Source: an archaeon | GTDB taxonomy: Archaea > Nanobdellota > Nanobdellia > SCGC-AAA011-G17 > GW2011-AR17 | Direction of reading: 5' to 3' | Assembly: GCA_018653605.1 (NCBI GenBank) | Contig: JABHYY010000021.1 | Coordinates: forward strand, 4,329 to 68,328 | DNA: 64,000 nt | Position numbers and translations under genes: made by a program | Shown here: one piece after another, positions 8,510-17,027 of the stretch | Position numbering within the stretch: position 1 is the first letter of the stretch | How the letters are laid out: each line of letters begins with the position of its first letter | Notes under the pieces: model-generated | What the model saw: only the letters and a program-made list of their open reading frames with translations | Told to the model about the DNA's origin: nothing | The model's database searches: none

Positions 8510-9403
8510 ATGGAAATCACATTTTTGGGTACAACTTCAATGGTGCCAACAAAAGACAGGAACCATAGTGCAATCCTGTTGGCATTTAAGGATGAAAAGA
8601 TCTTGATAGACTGTGGAGAAGGTACTCAAAGACAGCTTAGGATGGCTAAGATTGCAGCTCCTAGGATCACTAAGATCTTGATTACTCATTGGCATGGTGA
8701 TCATGTGTTAGGTTTGCCTGGGTTGATGCAGACTTTGATTGCAAATGATTATAATAAAGATTTGGAGATTTATGTGCCTGAAGGTACTAAAGATAATTTC
8801 AAGAAAATGTTTGGGTTTTTTGTTTTAAGAGGCGATACAATTAGGCACAAAGTTATTGAAGTTCCTGAAGGTAAGTTTTTTGAAAGTGAGGATTTTGAGT
8901 TGCATGCTTTCAAAGTTGATCATACCTCAAGCAGTGTGGGTTATGTGTTTAAGGAAAAGGATAGGAAAAGGATTAATCTGCAGTACTTGAAAAAGTTTGG
9001 TTTGAAACAGAATCCTATTTTGAAAAAGTTGCAACAAGGTAAAGATATTGTTTGGGAAGGTAAGAAGATTAAAGTTAAAGATGCAACTGTTCCTGTTAAA
9101 GGGAAGAAGATTAGTTTTGTTTTGGATACTAAATATTTTGCAGGGTTAGTTAAGCCAGTTAAAGATTCTGATATCTTGATTGCTGAGTCTACTTATTTAG
9201 ATGATATGAAAAAGGTTGCTGTTGAAAGGAAGCATATGACTGCTCAGCAAGCTGGTTCTTTGGCTAAAAAGGCTAAGGTTTCAGAGTTGTACTTGACTCA
9301 TTTTTCTCAAAGGTATCAAGATTTGAAACTGTTTTTGGATGAAGCTAGAAAAGAGTTTAAGAATGTTAAAGTTGCTAGAGATTTTCTAAAAGTTCGTGTT
9401 TGA
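8510..9403 (+). CDS. rnz: ribonuclease Z
   Basis: FLGT..P, DCGEGTQRQ, THWHGDH, ESTY and HFSQRY motifs. Confidence 0.95.
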   Translation: MEITFLGTTSMVPTKDRNHSAILLAFKDEKILIDCGEGTQRQLRMAKIAAPRITKILITHWHGDHVLGLPGLMQTLIANDYNKDLEIYVPEGTKDNFKKMFGFFVLRGDTIRHKVIEVPEGKFFESEDFELHAFKVDHTSSSVGYVFKEKDRKRINLQYLKKFGLKQNPILKKLQQGKDIVWEGKKIKVKDATVPVKGKKISFVLDTKYFAGLVKPVKDSDILIAESTYLDDMKKVAVERKHMTAQQAGSLAKKAKVSELYLTHFSQRYQDLKLFLDEARKEFKNVKVARDFLKVRV

Positions 9404-9686
9404 TTTCCATATAAGTTGCAAAAGCTTGTTCATATAAACCATTTTGTGCATACAAAGGTTCTAATTGTTCTTTTTTGACTTCATGTGCTTTGTCATGCAA
9501 GCCATGATCACATAATAAATCTGCTCTATATAACAGAGAAATAATTTTTATCTTCCTTACAATCCTATCTGCTAAAAGTTCTTTTGAGGCTACTAAATTA
9601 TCTGAAGGCATAAGTACCCTTTTAATCTTAGGTTCTGCATTTTTTAGAGCCATTTCAATACCTTCTAATATTGCTTCTTCTCTCAT
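9375..9686 (-). CDS. hypothetical protein
   Basis: 103-aa ORF with AT-rich upstream region. Confidence 0.55.
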   Translation of the reverse strand: MREEAILEGIEMALKNAEPKIKRVLMPSDNLVASKELLADRIVRKIKIISLLYRADLLCDHGLHDKAHEVKKEQLEPLYAQNGLYEQAFATYMEIKHELLENL

Positions 9687-9718
9687 AAAAAAAAGAATTA
9701 AGTGTGATTTTATAAGGC

Positions 9719-10570
9719 TTACTGTTTCATATCAAACAAGTAAATTTGTTGCCAAAGTTTTGGTACTAAGTTGAATAGAGTGAATGCTATTGTCCAAGCC
9801 ACACCAATTGCTGTTGCTAGTACTCCTTCTGATATAGAACCTGTTAATCCGGAGTAGATTGCACTTAATAAAATCCCAGTTAAAATGAAAATTACACTTA
9901 CACAAAGGATGATTAGCCAAGAAACTATTACATGGCCTGGTTTTGCTCTGAAATATTTCATACAGTTTTTTAGAACCTTAACTGGATCTGGTTGTCTTGA
10001 CAAGTACATTAAAGGGTATCTGAAAAGTAAAACCCATTTTAGTAATAGTAATATTGACAATGCTAATACAATTGCAACTAAGAATGAAAAGTATGTTGCG
10101 AAAACTGGATTGAATGGATTGATTAGTAAATATAATAATGATGATGATGCTAGTATGAATAATATTGCTAGGATTGAGATTAGGTATATGATAACTCTTA
10201 GGATTATAATCTTGTAATAGAAATGGTTTCTTTTGTGCCATGCTCTCATTATTGAAGGTTTTTTCTTATTTATGATGTCTGTGATTAAACTGAATTTTAA
10301 AGCCATTGCACCAACACCAATTAAAAAGGTTACAATTATAAATAAGGATCCTGAGATTAATACTTGTCCTAAGTTTGTTGAAAAGAAAACTGTCAATACT
10401 TCAATTATGCCTTCTTTGTCTGCTGGTAATTCTGCTAGAATTTGGTTGAATCCTGTGTAAGAGTATAATAAGTAAACTAATAGAAAGTTAATTCCTGCGT
10501 AAACTGCATCTGGTAAAAATACTATTGGATTTTTGAAAAGTTTTCTGAATGCATCTGTAACAACTATCAT
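9719..10570 (-). CDS. polytopic membrane protein
   Basis: About 6-7 hydrophobic helices. Confidence 0.75.
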   Translation of the reverse strand: MIVVTDAFRKLFKNPIVFLPDAVYAGINFLLVYLLYSYTGFNQILAELPADKEGIIEVLTVFFSTNLGQVLISGSLFIIVTFLIGVGAMALKFSLITDIINKKKPSIMRAWHKRNHFYYKIIILRVIIYLISILAILFILASSSLLYLLINPFNPVFATYFSFLVAIVLALSILLLLKWVLLFRYPLMYLSRQPDPVKVLKNCMKYFRAKPGHVIVSWLIILCVSVIFILTGILLSAIYSGLTGSISEGVLATAIGVAWTIAFTLFNLVPKLWQQIYLFDMKQ

Positions 10571-10679
10571 CTAAATGTTTTGTATTGTTTGGTGTTTATA
10601 AAATTTTTGCTTACAATCCTTTGTTTTGAATACTGTTTTAGAAACACTTATAAACTTATATATTATATATACTTATACT

Positions 10680-10946
10680 ATGAGAACAAAAGTATTACAC
10701 TATCCTCGTTTGGACACTATTTTGAATGTTGAAAGAATAATTAGAAAAGCAAAAGATCCTCTTTCTAAAAATGAAATTGATAGAAGGTTGAGTAAAAAAA
10801 TTATGAGACCCACTTTGAATGTAATCCTAGGTTATTTACAGGACAGTGGGAAGGTTGCAATGTTGAAAGAGGGAATTATTTGGATTTATTACAAAGATAC
10901 TAGTGAAACTCTTCGAAAGAGAATTAGTAAGAGTGTTAGACACTGA
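10680..10946 (+). CDS. small HTH protein, putative antitoxin/regulator
   Basis: Start at ATG 10680; LSKNEIDRRLSKKIMRPTLNVILGYLQDSGKV winged-HTH pattern. Confidence 0.6.
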   Translation: MRTKVLHYPRLDTILNVERIIRKAKDPLSKNEIDRRLSKKIMRPTLNVILGYLQDSGKVAMLKEGIIWIYYKDTSETLRKRISKSVRH

Positions 10947-11315
10947 TTATCTTTTCTTGTATTGGAATATTTTATTGTAATCTTTATGATCTGTAAACTC
11001 TAAAACAAAAATGAGGATTTTTATTTCATCTCCTTCAAGTGTGTATAACAATCTCCAAAAACCCACAAGTTCAACTCTAAATATTTTATCTGTGCCATAT
11101 TTTTCTATTGTTTTTTTAGGAATGTATCTTCTTGGGATTAAATCCCCATAAAAAGGATTAAATCTAAGATTTTCTAAAACCAAATCTATTGAATTTAATA
11201 ATTGTGAATAAGTTGGTTTTTTCTTTGATACCTTTCCTTGGATTATTAAATTTTTTAATTGTTGGTATTTGTCTTCTGCTTCTTCATCAAAGCTAATTAC
11301 AACTTCTTTTTTCAT
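10947..11315 (-). CDS. RelE/ParE-like toxin
   Basis: NPFYGD..IFRVELVGFWRLLYTL..IFVLEFTDHKDY is a RelE-type pattern. Confidence 0.65.
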   Translation of the reverse strand: MKKEVVISFDEEAEDKYQQLKNLIIQGKVSKKKPTYSQLLNSIDLVLENLRFNPFYGDLIPRRYIPKKTIEKYGTDKIFRVELVGFWRLLYTLEGDEIKILIFVLEFTDHKDYNKIFQYKKR

Positions 11316-11360
11316 AATCCTTCTTTTTGATTGATTATTAATAAACTTAAGGCAAAAATT

Positions 11361-11395
11361 CTGAAAATCTTTCAGGTTTTATGAAAATATTTCAG
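11361..11395. promoter_or_regulatory. tandem palindromic operator (CTGAAA-ATC-TTTCAG x2), copy 1
   Basis: CTGAAAATCTTTCAG GTTTT ATGAAAATATTTCAG, 46 nt upstream of the RelE-like ATG; a second copy lies at 38819. Confidence 0.6.
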
Positions 11396-11406
11396 AAATA
11401 TAAATA

Positions 11407-11490
11407 CGCCGAGACTGGGATTTGAACCCAGATATCCCGAAGGAAACAAGATTAGCAATCTTGCGCAGTACCAGATTGTGCCATCTCAGC
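11407..11490 (-). tRNA. tRNA-Ser(GCT)
   Basis: Acceptor GCTGAGA/TCTCGGC; anticodon arm CAAGA-TTGCTAA-TCTTG; long variable arm; T-loop TTCAAAT; G73. Confidence 0.95.
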
Positions 11491-11532
11491 TTAAGTGTTT
11501 TAGAAAATTAAAGAATTTATAAGGTTTTTGGG

Positions 11533-12282
11533 TTACTTTTTCTTAGCAATGCTTTCAAAAGCCCTTAGAACCTCTAGTGGCAATGCTAAAATTACTGTAT
11601 TACTCTTATCAGAACTCATATCATTAATACTTTGTAATGTTCTCAAATGTAGTGCACCTGGAGCAGTAGATAATGTTTTTGCAGCTTTTGCCATGTTATC
11701 TGCAGCCTTTACTTCACCTTCTGCCTTAATAATAACTGCTCTTTTTTCTCTTTCTGCTTCTGCTTGTTTACCAATAACTCTTTTCATTTCGCCTGGCATC
11801 ACAATGTCTTTTAACTCTACTGCTTCAACTTTTACACCCCAAGGATCTGTTGCTTTGTCTACAATATCCTTAATTTTCAAAGAAACTTTATCTCTGTTTG
11901 CTAAAAGTTCATCAAGTTCAACTTCACCAACAACATTTCTCATTGTTGTTTGTGCTAATTGAGATATTGCATAATTATAATGTTCAACTTCTAGGATTGC
12001 TTTTTTTGCTTCTGCAATCTTGTAATAAATAACAGCATTAATTGTTGTTGAAATGTTATCTCCTGTCATTGCTTCTTGATCAGGCACATCAACTGCTTTA
12101 ACTCTCATGTCAACTTTTTGATAATTTTGTATTACTGGTACTACAATCCTCAAACCAGGTTGCATCACACCAGAAAATTTACCTAAAGTGAATTTAACTC
12201 CTCTTTCATATTCTTGAATTATCTTTAAAGACATTAACAGAAACAATACAAGAACTCCAGCTAAGGGATATAACCATACCAT
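11533..12282 (-). CDS. SPFH/band-7 (stomatin-like) protein
   Basis: N-terminal TM helix; YERGVKFTLG, AQTTMRNVVG, DPWGVKVEAVELKD, AEAERE motifs. Confidence 0.93.
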   Translation of the reverse strand: MVWLYPLAGVLVLFLLMSLKIIQEYERGVKFTLGKFSGVMQPGLRIVVPVIQNYQKVDMRVKAVDVPDQEAMTGDNISTTINAVIYYKIAEAKKAILEVEHYNYAISQLAQTTMRNVVGEVELDELLANRDKVSLKIKDIVDKATDPWGVKVEAVELKDIVMPGEMKRVIGKQAEAEREKRAVIIKAEGEVKAADNMAKAAKTLSTAPGALHLRTLQSINDMSSDKSNTVILALPLEVLRAFESIAKKK

Positions 12283-12325
12283 ATTACTTTAGAATGTAGT
12301 GTTGTTAATAAAGTTTATGGTTGAT

Positions 12326-12340
12326 CGAAAAGTATAAATA
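12326..12340 (+). promoter_or_regulatory. archaeal BRE+TATA promoter upstream of tRNA-Trp
   Basis: CGAAAA followed by GTATAAATA. Confidence 0.55.
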
Positions 12341-12462
12341 CTCCAAAATATTTCTTTTATGTATGACAAGAGTTGATTTTGCGTGGCAATATTGAAAAGA
12401 TTCTGTTAGTTAGTTTTCTATTAAAAATTTGGCGTTGGAGTTAGATATTTCTCTTTTTTTAA

Positions 12463-12535
12463 GGGGCTGTAGCTTAATTGGCTAGAGTCTCTGGCTCCAG
12501 ACCAGAGTATCTGGGTTCGAATCCCAGCAGCCCCA
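12463..12535 (+). tRNA. tRNA-Trp(CCA), intronless
   Basis: Acceptor GGGGCTG/CAGCCCC; anticodon arm TCTGG-CTCCAGA-CCAGA; T arm CTGGG-TTCGAAT-CCCAG. Confidence 0.9.
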
Positions 12536-12555
12536 TATTAATATGGAGGCAAAAA

Positions 12556-12945
12556 ATGAAATTAAATAAAATATGGGACATAATTGTTAGGCCAAAAAGG
12601 TACCTAACACTATTAGATGTAGTAATAGCTGAAGAAGAAACAGAGATTGTTTATCTTGATGCTGTAATTGATTCTAGTGGATGGACATACACTGGAAGTT
12701 ATGATAGATTGAAGACTTTGGGAAGAAAAGGATATTTATTAGTCAGTGATCAAGAAAGGACAATACAAGTTAATTTCTATCTCACTAAAAATAAAAATGT
12801 AAATCTAGTACACAATCCTGAATTTTTAAGGGATGAAGAGTTGGAAAATCTAATAGAAAAAGACGAACCTACAGTTGCAGTACGATACAAAAAAATAACT
12901 GCAAGAGGATTAGTAAATAAGATTTTGTATCAGGAGAAAAAATGA
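12556..12945 (+). CDS. hypothetical protein
   Basis: GGAGG SD before ATG 12556; the ORF-track extension lies inside the tRNA. Confidence 0.7.
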   Translation: MKLNKIWDIIVRPKRYLTLLDVVIAEEETEIVYLDAVIDSSGWTYTGSYDRLKTLGRKGYLLVSDQERTIQVNFYLTKNKNVNLVHNPEFLRDEELENLIEKDEPTVAVRYKKITARGLVNKILYQEKK

Positions 12946-13860
12946 AAGAATACAGGAGGTGCCCCTGGCACTGAAAAGAAAAAAGTCGTATATATTGGTC
13001 ATGGAGCATGTGGAATGCTTGGTTTAGAAACTATCAAAAGAGACTTCTTAAGACATATTGATTTGTTATGTGTTGTAAATCATAGAGAAACTAGTGATAA
13101 CCCTGATCTCGTACCAGGATTATCTGAAGAGTTAGGTGTTAAATGTTATGAAGGTAGAACAGAAAAACCTGAATTTTTAAAGTATATCCAAAGAGAAAAA
13201 CCTGATTTTGCAGTTATTATGAGGCACCCACACAAGATTCAACCAGAGTTTTTTGAAAGTTTTAGAGAAGGAGTTTTTAATACACATCCTTCAGCTTTAC
13301 CAAAACACAGAGGTATTGCTCCATTAGAATATTCTGTTATTGAAGGTGGGCCTTTGGTTGCAACAGCTTTTAAGATCTCTGCTGGGTTTGATACTGGACC
13401 AATCCTCTGTAGAACTCAAGGGACAGATATTAGAAATAAATATTTAGAAGATGTATTTCCTTTGGCTGTAAATGAAACAAATGAAGTTCTAGGATTAGCT
13501 TTTGAACATCTTTTATTAGAGGGTTATGTTTTAGAAGAACAAGATGATTCACAAGCTACATTTGCTAGAAGAAAAAATCTCCCACAAGTTTTGAGTTTTG
13601 ATATTGCTAATGAAAGGATTGGTCAAATTTATAGGAAAATATTAGCTAGAGGAAGAGAAGGGACAAAATTGTTGTTTGATAGTGGGGCAAAGGAGATTAG
13701 GATAAAGAATGTTGATTCTAGGATTATTGGAGATATTGGTGAAGTGATTGATGAACAGTTTCTTCAAGGAGTTAATGGGTGTTTAGTTTTTGAAAATAAA
13801 ATTAAAGCAAAAAAATTAATTGAATTGGAGGTGCCTTATGAATTTAAACAACAATATTGA
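12942..13860 (+). CDS. Fmt/ArnA-like formyltransferase; start unresolved (possible frameshift)
   Basis: NTHPSALPKHRGIAP and FDTGPI motifs; the expected first strand KKVVYIGHG is in frame upstream of ATG 13015 but has no in-frame start codon. Confidence 0.8.
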
Positions 13861-14539
13861 AAGAGTGGGTAAGGGTCAGAAGAAGATTGCAATTGTAAGT
13901 CTTGTTCATGGAGATGAAATTGAAGGGTTAGAGATTTCAAGGAAAGTTAGAAAAAGAATTGATGGAAGAGAGATTTTTTCTCTCTATTTCATTAAAGCAA
14001 ACTATCGAGCTTACCAAGAAAGAAAAAGATTTATTGATAAGGACTTAAATAGAGTGTTTCCTGGAAACAAAGAAGGATGTTATGAAGAAAGGCTAGCCTA
14101 TGACTTGGTTAAAATTCTTCAACAAATGGATTTAGTTATAGATCTGCATTCAACTAAAGCCAAGAGTGATCCTTTTTTTATCCTAACTAGGAAAGATGAG
14201 AGTTTATTGAATTTAATCTCTGGGAGAGGAATAAATAAAGTTTGTTTGATGAACTCTGATGTAGCAAATGGAAAGGCACTTATTGATTTCTGTAGAGGGT
14301 TTTCTTTAGAAATCCCAGAAGGAAGTAAAATAGATAGAATTGTTGATTTTATAATAAGCTTACTGGGATGTCACTTAGAAGTATTTTCTGTTTATAGAAT
14401 TATTAATAAAAACATTCTTTTTGCTGAAAACTTTAAGGAACTGAGTTTATTTGAAGAAACATTTTATCCTGTTTTGTTTGGTGAAGATGATTATGAGTTT
14501 ACTTGTCTGGCTGCAAAAAAAGGAATCTATTATGGTTGA
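13838..14539 (+). CDS. succinylglutamate desuccinylase/aspartoacylase family Zn-deacylase
   Basis: HGDE, DLNRVFPG and IDLHST motifs; GGAGGTG SD before ATG 13838. Confidence 0.88.
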   Translation: MNLNNNIERVGKGQKKIAIVSLVHGDEIEGLEISRKVRKRIDGREIFSLYFIKANYRAYQERKRFIDKDLNRVFPGNKEGCYEERLAYDLVKILQQMDLVIDLHSTKAKSDPFFILTRKDESLLNLISGRGINKVCLMNSDVANGKALIDFCRGFSLEIPEGSKIDRIVDFIISLLGCHLEVFSVYRIINKNILFAENFKELSLFEETFYPVLFGEDDYEFTCLAAKKGIYYG

Positions 14540-14654
14540 TGATAGTGTTAAGATGAGGTATCTTTTGGGGTTGCAAGCTTGGTTGAAAAAGCCTTTTGTT
14601 GAAGCTTTGCATTCTGATGATTAATTTAGGTTTAGGGATAATTATGGAATAGAG

Positions 14655-15308
14655 TTGGATGATGCTAGAGAAAGGTTAAAAGTGTTTAGTCAAATGTTTA
14701 AAGATGTTATGCCTTGTGAAGTTAATCATTCTGATTACTTTTCTGTTGCTAGAGGTGATGTTGATAGGTTGAGGAAGTCTAGGTTAGCGTTGTTGGTTTC
14801 TGAAGGAAATGTTTTGTCTGTGGGTAGGAGTAGGTTTGCTTGGTTTGCTAATAATAATCTTTATACTCAATGTATTAATGTTTATAGCAAAAGAAGGTAC
14901 AGGACAAATTATGAAAGAAGATTGTTTGCTTCTGTTATGGAAGAGATTCTTTTGCGAGGTAATCCTGAAAGAGCTAGGCATGTTTATGAAGAATGGTTAA
15001 AGGGTTTAAGAGATGTTCATAAGGTTGATTTGGTTATTGCTCGTAAACAAATGGTTAAAGATTATTTTGAATATTCTTCTATTGCTGCAAGGATTGGTTT
15101 TATTAAGCAAGCAATTTTGCATGGTGTTGAAAAAGGAGAAAGTTTGGGATATGGTTTTTCTCTGCAAGGTGAGACTGAGGTTAGTAAGTTCATGGGTGCC
15201 GAGGTTGCTTTGGAAGTTTATGAGCACAGGTTAAGAGAATTTTTGTGGCCAATTGTTAATGCTGGGTTGAGAAGTCCTGGTTTGAGCAAACAAAGGAGCT
15301 TATTTTAA
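14655..15308 (+). CDS. hypothetical protein
   Basis: 217-aa ORF with genome-typical codon usage. Confidence 0.6.
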   Translation: MDDARERLKVFSQMFKDVMPCEVNHSDYFSVARGDVDRLRKSRLALLVSEGNVLSVGRSRFAWFANNNLYTQCINVYSKRRYRTNYERRLFASVMEEILLRGNPERARHVYEEWLKGLRDVHKVDLVIARKQMVKDYFEYSSIAARIGFIKQAILHGVEKGESLGYGFSLQGETEVSKFMGAEVALEVYEHRLREFLWPIVNAGLRSPGLSKQRSLF

Positions 15309-15365
15309 TTACTGGTTGGTAATTAAAAAGGTTAGCTTTTTAAAGGATGAGTTTTCTAGAAAAAC

Positions 15366-17027
15366 ATGAAAATGAGTCCATTAACTGATGATGAAAAGGC
15401 TGAAAGATTAGAAAAATTTGAGAGAGAAAGAAGAAAGCTTGACTCTTATCATCTTTTTAAAAAGTTTCTTGTCCAAAGTAATAAATCTTCACAATTAGGT
15501 GGACTTGTTGCTATTATCAAGCTTATTGAACACGACCCACAATATTTTCATGAAATTTTTGCACCTCCTAGAGACAGATATGATGGACTAAGTTCTTCAT
15601 TTGAATCTTTCATGTGGACAGGCCTTCCTGAAAATAAACCTGAACCAGAAGACCCAAATAGATTTGGTGATGATCTTGAAGAACTAGTTACAAGATATTT
15701 AGGTGAAGGTACTAAAGTTGTTGATGAAATAAAAAAATTACAAAGATCAAATAGATTTCTATATAAGGATATTGGGGAAAAAGCCCAAGAAACTTTACAA
15801 GAGGATTTAGAATGGGATTATTCAAAGACATTTGACACTAATTTAGGAACTACTTTTAAATTTCTTAATAAATTTTTAGAAAAATCTTTTGGTGCAATTC
15901 CAGGAGAACTTTTATTCAAATTTTTTCTAAGTGCTTTTGAAGAACCACTAGTTCCTATTGAAGATGATTGTTATAAATTTGTACAAGAAGTTTTGGATTC
16001 TAAGTATCAGCGAGCAAATCTTGTAGATGTTCCTTCTATGAGAAGAGAAACTTCTTATCTTTTAGAAAAAAAATTCCTTTCAGGAAAACAATCATGCTTC
16101 CTTGGTGTATATCATCTTTTTGATCTTGTTAAAGCTAGAAGAATATTGGCTCATGGAGAAGCTGAAGATTTAGATGAAATATTACATTTTTCTAGGTTAA
16201 ATATTCCTGATTATGATGTTATTGCAAGGCTTGGTGAAGGTAAGGGTGGTCAAACCTATAAGGTTGTATTAAGAGTTTTTGATCAAGTAAGAGTTTTGAA
16301 AGTTCTTGAAAATGAAGATCATGCACAAAAAGAATTTGAAGCATATAAAAGAATTGCTAGAGTTGGTTCTCTTCCTCATGTTGTTACTGTTTTTCATGCT
16401 GGTTATGAACTAGGAGGAGAAAGAAATATTGTTATGGAATATATGCAGGATGGTACCCTTGCTGATCAACTTTATGAATTTCTTCCTTTGGAAACTATTA
16501 TAGATTGGAATACACAAATTCTAAAAGGAATTGAGGGTTTAGAAAAATTAAACATTGTTCATGGAGACCTTAGACCACACAATATAGGATTATCAAATGG
16601 AGTTTTAAAAATTTTTGACTTTGGTAAAGCAAGAAAAGTTGGTGAAGAAGGAGAAGGATCTAGATCTTATGCAGCACCTTCTGTTATAAAACAAAATGAT
16701 TATTTTTCTTTAGGTTTAATTTTGTATGAAATGTTAACTGCTGAACATCTTTTTGATTTTCAATCTCGAGTAATAAGAAAAGGGTTTGTTCCACTTATGA
16801 GAAAAAAAGGAGTTAATAAATTAAACTTTAGTAGAAAAGATTTTAGAGAAAATGCAAAATCTCTTTATTATACAAGCCAAGAAGCACAAAGAGAGTATAA
16901 TGATCAAATAAATACAAATCTTCCAGAAAGATTAAGTGGAGCAGTTATTGCATGTTTAGATCCAGAACCTGATCCTATTCAAATAGAATCTTATCTTAAC
17001 TCTGCTCAAAGTTCTCTATCAAAATAA
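15366..17027 (+). CDS. Hanks-type Ser/Thr protein kinase with unknown N-terminal domain
   Basis: LGEGKGGQTY, VLKV, HGDLRPHN, DFG and DYFSLGLILYEMLT motifs. Confidence 0.9.
   Translation: MKMSPLTDDEKAERLEKFERERRKLDSYHLFKKFLVQSNKSSQLGGLVAIIKLIEHDPQYFHEIFAPPRDRYDGLSSSFESFMWTGLPENKPEPEDPNRFGDDLEELVTRYLGEGTKVVDEIKKLQRSNRFLYKDIGEKAQETLQEDLEWDYSKTFDTNLGTTFKFLNKFLEKSFGAIPGELLFKFFLSAFEEPLVPIEDDCYKFVQEVLDSKYQRANLVDVPSMRRETSYLLEKKFLSGKQSCFLGVYHLFDLVKARRILAHGEAEDLDEILHFSRLNIPDYDVIARLGEGKGGQTYKVVLRVFDQVRVLKVLENEDHAQKEFEAYKRIARVGSLPHVVTVFHAGYELGGERNIVMEYMQDGTLADQLYEFLPLETIIDWNTQILKGIEGLEKLNIVHGDLRPHNIGLSNGVLKIFDFGKARKVGEEGEGSRSYAAPSVIKQNDYFSLGLILYEMLTAEHLFDFQSRVIRKGFVPLMRKKGVNKLNFSRKDFRENAKSLYYTSQEAQREYNDQINTNLPERLSGAVIACLDPEPDPIQIESYLNSAQSSLSK

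Noticed and set aside
12463-12535. Reading this tRNA as Pro or Ala from its GGGGCTG start
   Set aside because: Anticodon-stem symmetry places CCA centrally, which gives Trp.
12478-12555. N-terminal extension of the 155-aa ORF
   Set aside because: Lies within tRNA-Trp; the SD supports ATG 12556.
12943-12945. Genome-wide UGA reassignment
   Set aside because: Many genes end cleanly in TGA with ATGA coupling and conserved genes have no internal TGA; only local readthrough remains possible.
10680-14539. Integrated mobile element at tRNA-Ser or tRNA-Trp
   Set aside because: No integrase, transposase or duplicated tRNA 3' end (att site) found.
14553-14624. 23-aa mini-ORF and weak AAGCTT inverted repeat
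   Set aside because: No SD, too short, and the repeat is imperfect.
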